DNA of 64,000 nucleotides from Anthoceros angustus (taxonomy: Eukaryota > Plantae > Anthocerotophyta), in the NCBI GenBank assembly GCA_010909165.1, contig VJWM01000116.1, positions 682,001-746,000 on the forward strand. Reading direction: 5' to 3'. Every line of letters begins with the position of its first letter. Within the stretch, counting starts at the first letter, position 1. Made by a program: the position numbers and the translations under genes. Below are positions 28,796 through 42,487 of this stretch, in pieces. The notes below the pieces were generated by a model that was given only the letters and a program-made list of their open reading frames with translations, had not been told where the DNA came from and searched no databases.

Positions 28796-30285
28796 ATGGT
28801 GGGCATGGAATCTCTGTTGGTGGAGGGCCTGCGACGGGGGCTTGCTGCCCGGCCGTCGGCCTTCTTCAGAGTCTGCCATTTCCCCTTTTTGCAAGCCCCG
28901 AGGCCCGCTGGGCAGGGCTGGCAGCGTGGGTCGTGGAACCGGAGCCGGGGTTTAGTGCAGCAGCGGCGGAAGCTGAGCTCGGGTGCTGCTGACGCAGCTC
29001 TGGAGATTGAGCTGGTGAGGGATTCTGGGTCTGAATTGGCTGGCTTCTGGATGGTGTGGTGTTGTGTTGTTCCCTGGCTGAGAGAGATGGAGGCATAACA
29101 GGTGCCGTGCCTGGTGGACAATTATGCGTACATCTTGCATGATGCCACCTCAGGTGTGACTGGAGTGGTGGATCCGTCGGCGGCTGGGCCAGTGATCAGG
29201 GCACTGAAAGAGAGGGGTTTGAGCTTGTCCTTCATCCTCAACACGCACCACCACTGGGATCATACTGGAGGGAACGTGGATTTGAAGCGGGAGTACGACG
29301 CTAAGGTTAGGCAGGCTGCTGGTTTGAGGTTTTTTGTGGGTTGAGTCCACGACTGCATGGCCCTGAGTAGGCTGCATGTATTTGTGCGCCGTGTAGGTTG
29401 TTGGCCCCAAGGCTGATGAGGGACGGATACCGGGGATCGACCTGGCTTTACGAGATGGTGAAACATGGAGGTTCGGGACTCAGGAGATGCAAGTGCTGCT
29501 TACACCTGGCCATACTCGAGGTGCAATGCCTTCCTTCCTGTGCCTCTGAACCCTGCTACTGCATTGCTTGGCACTTAGTGAGCGGTACTGAGACGTCGCT
29601 GTTCCAGGCCATGTGAGCTTCTACTTCCCAGAATCCAGAGCTGTCTTCACAGGCGACACGTTGTTCTCCATCGGATGTGGCAGGTTGTTCGAGGGCTCAG
29701 CGGACCAGGTCACTTGTTTTCTCCTTGTGTGCACCCTCTGTACGTTCACGAGTTTCATCACGGAGTGCTCTAATCATGCTTCCTCTGGGCTCAGATGTGG
29801 GCATCCTTATCAAAGATTGCTGCACTGCCAGACGATACCCTAATCTACTGTGGCCATGAGTACACACTGGTGAGCTGCTGTCGTGTACATTTGCCTTCGG
29901 CTTTTGCCTCGTCGGATCTGTATCTTTTCCTTGACCTGGGTGTATGGGTTGATGCAGTCAAATGCAAAGTTTGCTCTGTCGGTGGAACCACAGAACAAAG
30001 CTCTTGCTTCCCATTTTGAGAAAATCAAGGAACTCCGCAACAACAGCCGCCCCACGGTACGTGCACTTCGTCAACCTCTGCTTCCTCACACGCATGTTCT
30101 TCATTGCGTGAGTGACGTGTTTCTTGTGCCCGACACAGATACCCACCACTTTGGAAGAAGAGAAATCGTTCAATCCCTTTCTGAGACCTTCTAGTGTAGA
30201 ATTAAGGAAATCCCTGCACCTGCCTGAAACTGCAAGCGATGCTCAAGTCTTTGCAGCTGTCAGGACTGCCAAGGACAAATACTGA
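28796..30285 (+). CDS. GLX2: Hydroxyacylglutathione hydrolase (glyoxalase II), organellar type, multi-exon
   Basis: Transit-like N-terminus, then [19 protein letters not shown]...[14 protein letters not shown] (metallo-beta-lactamase HxHxDH), [39 protein letters not shown], ending AVRTAKDKY* (TGA 30283-30285). Confidence 0.95.
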
Positions 30286-30490
30286 TCCACTCAACCCATG
30301 TCTAAAAGCTCGTTTTCAAGAAACTGCGTCTCTCTCCTCCCACATTCGTCATACACGGAGGAAAATCTCGATCACCGTGGGGTTGTCAACGTGTACAGAA
30401 ATGGTCGTCCAGGGTGTGCGGCTTCTACTCGTGTAGACGTTGCGTTGTTCACATTTCATCCGGGGAATTAATGCTTTAAACCTTTAAAAA

Positions 30491-30643
30491 ACTGGTCGGT
30501 TGGTTCCTGAAGTTGGTGGGTTGGTTCCCGAAGTTGGTGGGTTGGTTCCCGAAGTTGGTGGGTTGGTTCCCGAAGTTGGTGGGTTGGTTCCCGAAGTTGG
30601 TGGGTTGGTTTCCGAAGTTGGTGGGTTGGTTCCCGAAGTTGGC
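30491..30643. repeat. 21-bp tandem repeat x ~7
   Basis: (GAAGTTGGTGGGTTGGTTCCC)n, almost perfect. It produces the spurious ORF (VGWFPKL)n. Confidence 0.95.
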
Positions 30644-30939
30644 CTGTAAATTCACATTGGTTTCAGGGTTTCTTTATCTACCATATCAGGTACTGTTTGG
30701 TGAAATCTGAAGTAATGCTGAAACGTTGCCTAGGAAGTCGTGTCTTAACGGTACTGGACAGGGATAGAGGATGTGAGGGTGGTAGGAGAAATGCCTCATG
30801 GGTACCTTCAAAGTGTAAGTTGGTTTTTATGCCACTCTCTATATAAAGAGGGGCACAAAAATGAATAGAATATGTGCTGTACTAGGGCTTGGTTCCTGGC
30901 CTGCTACCTTGTTGCCATGTAGTCAGTTTGTGTACGGTA

Positions 30940-31255
30940 TGTTGCAATGTTGACTGTTGCAATGTTGACTGATCTCTGCCTTGCAACGTTGACTGATCTC
31001 TGCCTTGGCTTGTGTACCGTACGTTGCAATGTTGGCTTATGTACCGTACGTTGCAATGTTGACTGATCTATGCCTTGGCTTGTGACTGGAGGGGTGATGG
31101 ACTCCTGAAGTTTTCTTGCTTTCATCATGTTGCTTGCCAGTGACGTTTCCCATGACTTATTTGTGCCTTGGCTTGTGACTGGAGGGCTGATGACCTGCTC
31201 AAGTTTCCTTGCTTTCGTCATATTCCTTGCTAGTGATGTTTCCCTCCAAGGTATC
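30940..31255. repeat. Nested short direct repeats (GTTGCAATGTTGACT motifs and a ~100-bp duplicated unit)
   Basis: Repeated GTTGCAAYGTTGRCT, GTACCGTACGTTGCAATG and two copies of GCCTTGGCTTGTGACTGGAGGG. Confidence 0.7.
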
Positions 31256-34200
31256 ATGATTCTAACGTGCGAACATATGCTGTCTCATTAATCATCTATG
31301 CACATGTTGTGAAACTGATCAGTGCAGATGCTTGAGTGCTCTCTTAAGACCTCCTTAGCTGTGCTACTACAGCCAGCCACAAGAAGCCATGAATACATTC
31401 ACTATCTGTCCATGAAACAGTAGAAGGGTGAAGTCGTGAAGTCTGGACACTACCGGCTTTCATGTCTGCAGATGTCCCCGATAGAAGGCTGACTTGTTTA
31501 TGTGTGTCACCCCGCCTTGTACCTTTTCTCGATCTTTATCAATTATATACCACATATGTGATACATAAGACTTCCTCATGCAAGTTATTATGTGTGAGAC
31601 TACCAGGTTAATGATGATGATAAGAAGAAGAAGAAAATAAAAAGATTGGGCAGAAGAAAATAAAAAGCTAGATTGGGCAGAAGAAAATAAAAAGCTCCTA
31701 TGATTCCAAGTCTCTGTTGCAAAGGTAATATATCCGAATGTCTCTAGGCCGTTGAGGAATTGACCATGTGTCTCTCTCAATCCTAAGGGGATGAGACCTC
31801 ACCCTCTTTTGACCCATGAACATGCTTAGCTTCAAAGATATGTGAAAGCAAAGGTTGTAGGGGGGAACTTATCTCCCAGACTTGGAGACAACATAGAAAA
31901 ATTCTTTGTACGTTTGAATTTTAGGTGGGAAGAGGGAAAGAGGTGGGGAACTAAGGATACGATAAATACCGCGCTTGCGACTTATTTTTGATAAAGTTAT
32001 TAGAGGGAGAGGAGTTACAGGCAACCAATGAATGGGCTAGAAGAGATTACGCAGAAAACCTGAAATTTTCAAGCCGAAGCCGGAGAGTAAGAAGCCGGAG
32101 AGTAAGAACCTTTTTAAAGGCTGACACATGTACAAGAAATAGCTTAAACATGTACATTTGTCCTATGTAGTTATCTCAATTTGGTATTGTTCTCGTGGTA
32201 TTTCTCAAATACCATTTCAAAGAAAGTTTTAAGGTATCCATAATTTAGTTGAGTAAGCTAATAAAAATGTAACATGATCACTCCATTACGTACTATAGTA
32301 AGCAACTCTTTTAATTTCTAATTCACTGATCTGCTCAAACAATTATCTATATTGTATTAAATAACCTTAATTATGTCATATCAATATCTTATAGAAGTAT
32401 AAATTTCTCTTCATGTGAACTTTCTTCTAACAATTACTACCTAAAATTAGGAACAAATAAGTTAGAGTGTATTATTTTTTCGAATCAATGACTAATACTT
32501 GTGTTCATATAGGCCATACACACATACGTATAGAAATAATTTTTATGTTTAAAAAGATTTTAATACAATCGCATGCAATTGCAGCACTCCGCTGTAGAAC
32601 AAATGCAACTTAGTGTAGCAAATGCAACTTGCTGTAGCGAACTATATTGTGCTTTGACACATTCTTCACTCTCTTTTGCTTCAAGTATACAAGAAAATGT
32701 GCTCCTAGATATCCAATATATTTAAAAGTTAATATTTTTCTAGGATACAAATTTTAATGGGATGCACTGCCATCTTTTCCATCTTACATGGAATGTGCCA
32801 TCACTAGTAGTAATGGAATCTAGGTGGAGTATACACCGGCGAATAAATTTATAAATATAGGACTCTAGATTAAACAAACACTGCAAGTCCTTCATTCTAA
32901 AGTTGGAATTACACATTGAAATTGAATTTTTAGTGAGAGACTTGGCGAAATATTCAATTGAGGGAGATGTATCGGACACCAGCGGTTTGCTTGTTGCTAG
33001 GGTTTGAATTATTAAGTTGAAAAATATGTGATTTTGCAACTAAGTTGCTAGAGGCTGTGCTTCTTTAGTTTATTGAAATATAGACAAGGAATGATGCTAG
33101 TGTGCAGCTGCAAGCCAATCTTGTCGCAATGGTAAGAAAGCATGACCTACTTAATGGTTCTCTGGGTTTAGGATGATGCGCTAGGATCCGGCTAACAGAA
33201 TTTGGGAGATTATTCTCGATTTTTAGGACCTTGCACACAGCTAGTTTGCTTCAAACAATGTTATATTTTATCTCCACCTAACAATATTTGGTCTCTCATT
33301 CCTAGTTTTCGCCGATATTGCTTGTTACTTCAGTCTAACCAAAATTGCTTTGAGGTGTGAAGTAAAATTTTGGATGGAGATTTGGTTTTGTTAATGATTT
33401 GTTATTATGAGACTTTTACGGCAATGAGCTCGTCCGGAATGACCACCAGCACATCATCTATAAGTACAATGGATAGATGATGGTGATGCGCCACACAATT
33501 TGCAAACCCTATGGTCCGTATCAGGCCAGCACGTGTGTCTCCTATGCAGTAGCAATAGCTATTTTCATTTCCATTCATTTCGAAATATATGATTATTTCT
33601 ATTCTCAATATTTGTTTGAACATGTGCATGGTGATAATCGAGGTAGTGGCAATCCCTCTCTTTGCTTTCATTTCACTTGCGTTTCTAGTAGATAACACAA
33701 AAGTATTAGGGATTTGTTCTCAAATTGGTGAGGTGGGTGCTTAACTTCAGATTCTTGGAGGGTAGCTTCCACCAGCGCTAGTGAGTTAGGAGGAAGGTGC
33801 ATACATTGCCATTTTTAGAGGATAACATCCACTAGGCAACATTTTTGTCCGTACCAGCACCCAATATCTGGTAATATATGAAGTGGAAAGTGCGCCAATG
33901 GCCCAAAAATAAGAACCAAACACTTGATGCAACGGGGCGGGGTATGGTTGCATTCGTCAACCGGCTCCCTTTCCCACACTTACCATAATATTTGGGCGAG
34001 CATGGGTGATAGGCGGCCAATTGATCAACTGCTTTATGTTTTCAATCAATCAGTTTACTCTATAAATCCACCATGAGAAGTGAGTGCACTTTTTTCACAC
34101 TATACTGCATAATAGCATAATTTGATCCAGACCTTGGTCATGGAAAAATTGTATGGAAACTATACACTATCTTTTTATAAGAAGCAGTATTGATTATCAT

Positions 34201-34559
34201 TAGCCTTTTCCCCGGATGACAATTGTGAGTGTATTAGCAGGCGTGGAAAGTGCGGCAATCATGAATATATCATGACAAATGGTACAATCTTTTTCATCAA
34301 AAAAGTCGTATATACTTTTCTATTAAATTTTCGCTTTAGTCCATGGTTACTAGCATGTTCCGCTGAAGTTTTCAATATCGCCTCATGACTTGAAACTATG
34401 AACGTTACGTACAACAGTTATGAAAAAGATATTATTTATAGAACAGAGGTTCTTAATTATTAGTCAGCCGCTTTCACCAAATCCACAATTCTATTGTTTC
34501 AAATCAAAAGGCTTTACAATTTACTAGGTTATGTCTTTATTCAATAACACATGCGAGTA

Positions 34560-34840
34560 GACACATATATATGCACTATATATCGCTTTAAATCACTCGC
34601 CATTAGCAAACACATATGTATGCACTATATATCGCTTTAAATCACTCGCCATTAGCAAACACATTAGAACCCTTGCTGAAGATTTCTCCCCCGGGGTTGT
34701 TTTGACTTATTTTCAAAATACCAAATTAAAAAAAATTAGCAAACACATATGTATGCACTATATATCGCTTTAAATCACTCGCCATTAGCAAACACATATG
34801 TATGCACTATATATCGCTTTAAATCACTCACCATTAGCAA
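34560..34840. repeat. 49-bp unit, four copies in two pairs separated by a ~70-bp spacer
   Basis: AAACACATATGTATGCACTATATATCGCTTTAAATCACTCGCCATTAGC, near-identical copies. Confidence 0.9.
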
Positions 34841-35639
34841 GGAATCAACATTCCGATAATTCATATGTAGCACATACCAACATGCATATTTATAGACAAT
34901 GTATATCATTTGTTCATATTCTAACCACCAAAGTTAGATAACATGTAGAGATGTAGTATACGTAGCTATGCTATGATCTTGGTTATAGGCATTTGTTGTA
35001 ATTCTTTCTAATAGACAACATATATTACTTGTTCATATTCTAGCCAACATAATTAAATGACATCTAGAGATCTATTATACATGCCTATGCCGTTAGCTTT
35101 GTATATGCTTTTGTTATAATTATTTCTATGTATTATAAAGCCGCGTTGTCTCTAAAAAAAGAGGGACTACATTACACTAGTAGCCAATATAATAATTAAC
35201 GTTAGTCAGAAAAATGACTTTAATTTCTCAGTACACCCAATTTCCTGCCTACACATCGATACCCGATGGAAGTTAATGCTTGCCGTACCGATGCGGTACA
35301 TGCCGAGCCTTACGACGCCATTTCATTTCACCCTCCGCCTTACCGGTTCTCATTCTCCGTGAGTTGAACGCGGTCTTGCGAGCTTCGGGATTGCCGAAGA
35401 CAAAGCGACCGGTATCCCATCTGGCGGCTGGTTATCCGACTGTAATGAAAGAACCAGCGTTACGTAATCGTGCTACCACCGTTATCACGCGATGGTAAAC
35501 CATTCGTGCTTTCATGAACCATGCTTGGATCATGCGATAATAAACCATGCGCTTATCAGCCTGTAGAGTTTCCCGGTTACGATGAACTTAATGTGTTGAG
35601 AGCGGAAGGAACGCTAATGGAACGCTGGCTTTGAGAGCG

Positions 35640-36270
35640 CGTTCATCTTTTGTCTCGCCGTTTCCTCTACAAGAGTTGATTGCTTGTCTCGATGGAAAGC
35701 TTACAACAAGACGGACAAGCCGGTATAAAGCACGCTCGGTTTCAATGAAAGGTGACAGAGATATGAGCAAAGGAAGCCTTTGAAAGGCATGCCATCTATT
35801 TCTCTACCCGCTTTGTCCAGATGAGTCAAATGCTTTCTTATCATACTTCAATGAAAAGCTTACAACAAGACGGACAAGCTGGTATGAAGCATGCTAGGTT
35901 CCGATGAAAGAAGACGGAGATATGAGCGAAAGACGCATTTGAAGGCATGTCATCTTTTTGTCTACCCGCTTTATCCAGATGAGTCAAATGCTTTCTTATC
36001 AGTCTTTGATGGAGAGCTTACAACATGACGGACACGTCGGTGTGCAGCGCGCCTGGTTTCGATCAAAGATGAAGGAGATATGAACCGAAGAAGCTTTTGA
36101 AAGGCAGTTCACATTTTGTCTACCCGCTGTCTCCAGAAGAGTCAAATGCTCCCCTATCATACATCGATGAAAAGCTTACAACAAGACGGACAAGCGGTAT
36201 GCAGGCTACTTGGCTTCGATCAAGGACAACAGAGCTACTACGAGCGCCTTTGAAACAATGGTCACATTTT
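35640..36270. repeat. Diverged ~158-159-bp tandem repeat x4 inside the MULE
   Basis: Core TTACAACAWGACGGACA at ~35701, 35860, 36018 and 36176. Confidence 0.85.
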
Positions 36271-37943
36271 CCAAGTCACTACTTTTTCTTCTTCCTTGGC
36301 ACTTCATCAAACCCTCTCAACCGTTGCAAACTGTTTGAACCTTCATTCGCAAGCAGCTCTTGTACTGGCATTTGTGACCAAGGTCTCTCTCTCTGTGTTG
36401 TAAGTATCCGAATTTGATGTAAGATTTGTTCCATGATAGCAGCAATATCAAAACACAGATCCTTGTGATGGAAAGCAACCTCACAAATCTCCCTACATCC
36501 TGCTTCAATTGTGTCCATCCTTCGCTGCCGAGTTTGCTGGAAACGTGTCTTTGCACTTGTTGCCACCAAACTGCTGTCAGGGATGACAAGTTTCGAGTTT
36601 TCCTGGTCCTGTAGCCAATAGGACATTGCTAAAGTAGACGTTGCTGCCCCATCAGGGCAATATGCAGCAAGAACGGGAGTACACTCCTTCACACACTCCT
36701 TCATAGGTGCAGTTCCATCTTTGCAGACGGCAAGTTTTTGCTGAACCTTAATAATATGCTTGCATATGAACCCTTTCAGGCCCATAGGGCATGTGCACGT
36801 TGCCCATGGTGAATCTGCATGATCTATAACATACCAAGTAGACTCAATGGAGGAAGACAAGCGTTGAGCCGGCAATCCTCCCACCGTAGGGCATGGTAGA
36901 ATTCGAGTTCGGTGGAATCTCCGAGCTTGTAGAACCGCATGCCCCATCGAAACTCTTGTTTCTTATTTGAACATAGCCTCCTTCTTTAGTGAAGTCTGGT
37001 ACCAGTAATGTCGCTACCACAAAAACCAGGTGGTATAGTAACCAATCCAATGGCGTAGTAGCTTTGGAAAAGATACACGTTCTTTCAAGAAGCGGTGAAA
37101 TGCTTCCACCGCCGAGGTAGTATTCTGACATGAGGGAATAGCCGAGCATTACGGATCCACATTTGCAGCAACAATCATTCACTTGTCGGGGTTCACGAAG
37201 GTACAGAGCAAAAACATGAAGTGCGTGAAAATGAACTAACCCATTATGGAATCCGAGCTTTGAAATACGAAACGGGTTGTTTGACCTCCCACTTGGCATA
37301 GAATGCAGATAACATAGACCTTGCAGTGCTCAAACAAATGGCTGCTGTGGTTGCACCTTGGACATACATAATTCCACCTAGTTCTGCCCCAATTGCTTTC
37401 CGGTCATCCATGTCACGTACCTTGCTTAGCAGTTGACGTCACCAAGCTTTACGAACATGCCACAAACACAATATGATCAGCATGTTATGTGACCAAACCT
37501 GTTGGATAGCTGTTATCTCAGCTTGGCAATCATCCACGATGAAGGAGCTCGAATCCATGCGGTCACGTTTGAATACCGCAGGACAACGAAGCCATGGAAC
37601 CATCGAGGCAATTGTTGCCTCCTTGAAATCACCAAGCAACAGTACTCCGTTAAAATGAGGGTCAAACACCATCACAGTAAACAAATTGTACTTGTACTTG
37701 TTCATGCCGAATGTGGCATCCATAGCTAAAACACTATTATTTCCATACTGTACCATAGCCTGCAACATGAATGGGGTCTGAATTCCCAAGCAGAATGGTT
37801 TGTCATCAGGTGCCAAGTAAAATACCAGAGATGCATTTTGCGCAAGCCATATGGAAACAGAGGTGCAATTATCAACATGAAGCTTGTATTCACCTATATC
37901 CAACTGAGTAGCAATGTTCAAAACATCTTGCCGTAACATGTAG

Positions 37944-40900
37944 TGTGGACTACGGACTTCCCTTGGGGGTTAAGAAATAAGTAGGGTTTTGTTTTTTTCC
38001 GTAGGAGCGGAGGATAAAATAAGGCGGAAAAGGGAGGAATAAGCACGGATATACCGGATCGACCGGAGTATACCCGGAGTGGGCAACGTACCCGGACCTA
38101 CTATGGCGCCGGACTACGTCGGGTAGCAGGATAAGTCGGACCCACCTGTGTCCAAGCAGATAAGTACGCCAGGAAAGTAACTTAGAAGTTGAGCCGTGAG
38201 GACTGACCAGGCGGCGCCACGTGGGCCACAGGTGGAGGTCGGCATGCACCGCCAGACGAGCCGCATAAGGGTGTATTCACGCCCGCGCCACGAAGGCCGT
38301 AGTACGCGCGCAAGGCCGCAGGCGGAGGCGTAAGGTCGAGAATAAGCCATGCACCGCGCTACGGATGTGGAAGAGGCGCCTTCCGCCCAGTTACTCCAAG
38401 GCGTGGCGAAGGGAAGGTCATGCCACCGAGACACCGCAGCCTCTTGCGCCCGCAACCCGCTCGGGGCGCTATCTCTTTGAGCGCCCAGCACCTTCGAGCG
38501 TTTCACCGCTGCTGGAGCAGCGAACGCGAGGAGGGCGATCGTGCCGCCGAACTCGGCCAGCCAGCGACAAGGGAGAGAAGGCGATGGCACCCAAAAAGCT
38601 CGGAAGTTTGGGAGCCATGGAACCTCGTGGGCGCAACATTGTGACCCGCGCTATCCGGACTTTGGGCCCGGGCCGGGAAGCGGAGAATTAGTGAGGAGTG
38701 GCACTGGATGTGTTCCATGGTCCGACGCTCGGCTCACCACCGTCCGGAGTTCGCCGGAAGATGTTGGCGGCGGTCAACAAGGAGGTGCGGTCCAAGAACC
38801 TCCGGGAGGACCCGAGGCGATGGACCTTGGAGGTCCTGAGGGCGGCCTACAACCGCCCAAAGGAGGAAGAAGGGGGTGTGGTGCCGGAGCCCCTCAAGGC
38901 GAAGGGAAGATAGGGCCGCCGCGCGGCGAGGCTCGACGCAGAGGACCACCAACGGGTTGATATCCGACCGAGTACGAGTAAGGCGGTAGCCGGATCATTG
39001 TCCATTGAACTCGCCACCAAGGTGGATCACCTTGGTGATAACTCGCTGGTATTCCCGCATGCGCTACATGGGGAAGAGGGCGGACGGGAAGGATTATCTT
39101 CGCCTGCTTAGCGTGAGGCCCGCAAGCCTGGACCGAGAAGCCTCCACTGGGCCGCCCCATACCCGATCCATGTATGGGGACATTTCGAGCTCCTCAAGGA
39201 GGGTGAAGCTCGGGAGGCGGTGAGCGGCGCCCGAAAGGACCGAGGCCCCGCCAAGTGGAGCGGCAAGGGCGCCCGAGGTGAGGCCGATCAAGGCCAAGCG
39301 GACCGGGAGGCGGAGGCGGGAGGTCCGGACTCCATCGTGCAGGCGGACCCCTCACCACCTGTGGAAGTATGGGAGAAATCCCCGCCTCCTCCTCGGTGCC
39401 CCAACCGAGCCAAGCAGAGGCCTGACCCAATAGCCGCCCACCACCACAACCACCAAGGAGCTCACGACCCGTGAGGGAACCAAGAGACGCAAGATGCCAC
39501 AACGCGACCTCGACGGTGCCAAGACTTACCCCCGCCTACCTGAGTGGCAAGAAGGAGGAAGAAGGGGAAGGACGCCTGTGAGTGAGGACACCGGCAGCAC
39601 ACTCGAGCCGGGTCCTGCCTCCCGAAGGGGCAAAAGGGCTTGCTCCGGACCCCTCACCTCCTCCGAGCCCTGTGAGAAAAAGGGGCGAGAAGGGCTCGCG
39701 GCCAAAAGGGCCAAGGAGGGTGAAGCCCCGAGTCAAGACTCAGACCTAAGGGTCTGATTAGGTCCGAGAACCCACCGACTTACTCGGGCTGCGGTATGGA
39801 GGTCCCGGCGATCAGGAAATGCCGGCTCCCACTACGACTTTGTGGGAGCCTCACAGGGCGGCCGTGGAAGAAACACGGCGGTCCCTGCCACCGCCATGGA
39901 CAGATGCTTTGGGGTCTCGGGGATGGCCGAGAAGACCCGGAGGTAGAAGCCACCCGAGGCGCATGGTACTCCTCCGGGAGGCGAGGAGGAGGAGGAGGAG
40001 GAAGGCCAAGCTCGGCCAATTGAGGAAGGAAGCGGGAGGCGGCGGAGATGGAAGACCGCAAGGACCGACTAAATTCCTTCACCGGAGGAGCAAGTGCTAA
40101 GGAGGCCCCTGGGGCCGAGGACCTCCGCAGTGAGAGGGTAGCAGCAGAGGCTAAGAGGCCGGGCAAGTGAGCGGGCGGACCGCGAGGCGCCCGACCAGAC
40201 CAGAGCCGTCGAGAGCCTGTGTGAAGGTGGCCAAGGAGGCGGAAGCCAAGGCCGACCGCGATCACTATCGGCGTGATCGGGCCGGTGGAGGAGGCGGCCG
40301 GGTAGCCACGGCCAATCAAGGCCGAGCAGCAGAAGAGAGCACGACGAGCCGTGCAGAAACACTGAGGCCAGACCCGGAAATCGGGGACCCTGTGGCGCTG
40401 CAGGAGGTAGAAGCCACCGGGAGGCGGAGGCGGAGGCGACAAGAAGGACACCTTGGAGTTACAACCCAAGACGCTGAGCAGCAAGGGTTCTCAACGAGAG
40501 AATCCAAGACTTCGAGGAGATAGAGCGCCCACCGCCTCAAGATGGAGCAGGAGGCGCGGAGCAAGCGCCCAGCCTGTGAAGTTCGCGACAAGGAGATGGA
40601 GGATCTCGGACTCGGCTCCGTGAGGTGGAGCGTGTGGAGATGGAAGACCGCAAGGAGACCTTGGGCTGACTTCAAACTACCATTGAGAGGAATGGTAGTC
40701 TCAGGATGGTCGCGAACGCGAACGGAAATAGAGCGGCCCACCCTGCTGGGACGGAGGCAGACGGGCGATGGAACAGGAGGTGACGCCGCCGATGGAGAAG
40801 GGCTCGGGCCCGCAGCCGCGGAGGTTGCCCGTCTGAGAGGAGATGGCGAATGGTAATGGATGAGAAAGGAAACCGGAAGGCATAAGAAGCCGGTCCAGCT

Positions 40901-42487
40901 TGAGGAAGGCGAAGGGGAACGCGCTATGGCCGGTAAGCCGCGCCGGAGCAAGCGGAGTTGGAGTGGAGCAACAACGGCTGGAGGTGACCGAGGCTGCCTG
41001 CGAAGCCCCTCCCGCCTATCAAACTGGCGGGGAGGTGGTCCAAGGCAAGACGCTCACCCCGAGCACCTATGGCGGGGAGTACGGTGCCCGCACACGTGGA
41101 AGAGCAATTCAACAAGTGGATTCGGACTTTGCCTATTACCACCGAGCTCCCCGGGCGAGAGGCCTCTCACCACGGAGACCGGAAGGCCGGGAGGGAAGAA
41201 GGGCATGGGGACAAAGACGGGACTCTAGTGGCCCCTGCTTGGAGACGACGGCACGGGGAGAAGAGCCTCAAGAGGAGCGAGACGCAACGGACCCTGTGGT
41301 AAGTTCACCAACCCGCCTGGAGAAGGGAGGTGACGGCCCGAAAGGCGCAAGGAGGAGCCAACCCACCCAAGACAAGGGTCGGGGTAGGGATGAGGACCCA
41401 GCAAGACGAGGTCCATGACAAGGGGTCCGGAGCTTGGGGACCGGACTGAATAAGTTCGGACCACGAGGTCCGAACCTAGACGAGGCCGACCCACACCGAC
41501 TCGGGAAATAAGACTGACTCGGAGTTCACTGAGTCGAGACCGACCTCGAGGTCCGACTCCCAAGAAAGGAGGAGCCCCTCGACTTACGCTTAGGGGAGTG
41601 ATCGTGGCCCCACCGAGGGGACCCACGGGAGGCTGTGGGAGGATGACGTGGTAACGGCGGCCGACCGCCGAGCCCAACCCGGCTGTGATTCCGGAGAGAG
41701 GAGGTCGCCTCGCGGATCATCCGATTGCGCGCCGCAATCGCCGACGGAGATTGGACCACCAATCCCAAGGCGGAACCGGGACCTTCCCACCCCACCGCCG
41801 AAGGAGATAGGGGAGGAATAGGATGGTAGGCGGCCGATTAGGTATACCGAAATGGCCATCACCGTAATAGGTGTAATAAAGGCGCCGACTTGGGCGTAGT
41901 ATAAGAGGGTGCTCAATAAATCATCTTTCTCTTGGTGTTGATGCTGCCTGCGCACCTTTGTGTGTCTTCTTGCTAACGTGAGTCCCGAGTCACCGAAAGG
42001 TGCACGATACCCCGGAGAGATTGACTGTGGTCCCGTGACGGACCTAACGTGTTGTGGTGTGTGTGGGAGGACTGGGACCGTGCTCGCTGAGCCGCGCCCC
42101 CGAACGGACCGAACGCGGTGGAGCCGGAGGACTCGGGAGGCGTCTGAGCCGGACGGAGGAGGACTCGGGAGGCGAGGAGGTCGGTGTAACCAGCGTCTTT
42201 CCTAAGACCGATAAGTGTAGTGTGAGTGGAGAGAGGAACGACGAGGTGTGAGTGACGAACGTGAACGATACGGACGCGAACGGGTCCTTAAACGCTTGGC
42301 CACACCGTGTGAACGCGAGTAGTTAGACGTGAATCGATGAATGTGTGCGTTGGGCGAGCGGACGCAAGTAAGGCGAATCGCTCGAACGCCGCAAACGGAG
42401 CCTGTCATTCCCTTGGGAACGGACTCCTTCCTACAACAACACGGGATTGTGCGCGCCCGGCTGGCCGTCAGCGAAAGTCGCGCCACA
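37944..42487 (+). mobile_element. 4544-bp LTR-retrotransposon-derived insert (probable giant solo LTR)
   Basis: Begins TGTGG, ends CCACA, flanked by 5-bp TSD TGTAG (37939-37943, 42488-42492). Removing it restores the transposase frame RDDYMLRQDV. TATAAGA (41900) and AATAAA (41915) lie near the 3' end. No gag/RT/integrase motif or internal LTR pair seen. Confidence 0.85.

Noticed and set aside
30491-30643. CRISPR-like array or (VGWFPKL)n protein
   Set aside because: Units are contiguous with no unique spacers, the context is eukaryotic and no cas genes are present. The ORF is a by-product of a 21-bp repeat.
30810-31900. LTR remnant (TGTAAG...CTATATAAAG, purine tracts)
   Set aside because: No matching terminus, TSD or PBS could be identified.
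34560-34840. CRISPR-like repeat-spacer array
   Set aside because: Copies are head-to-tail with only one intervening segment, which fits an ordinary minisatellite.
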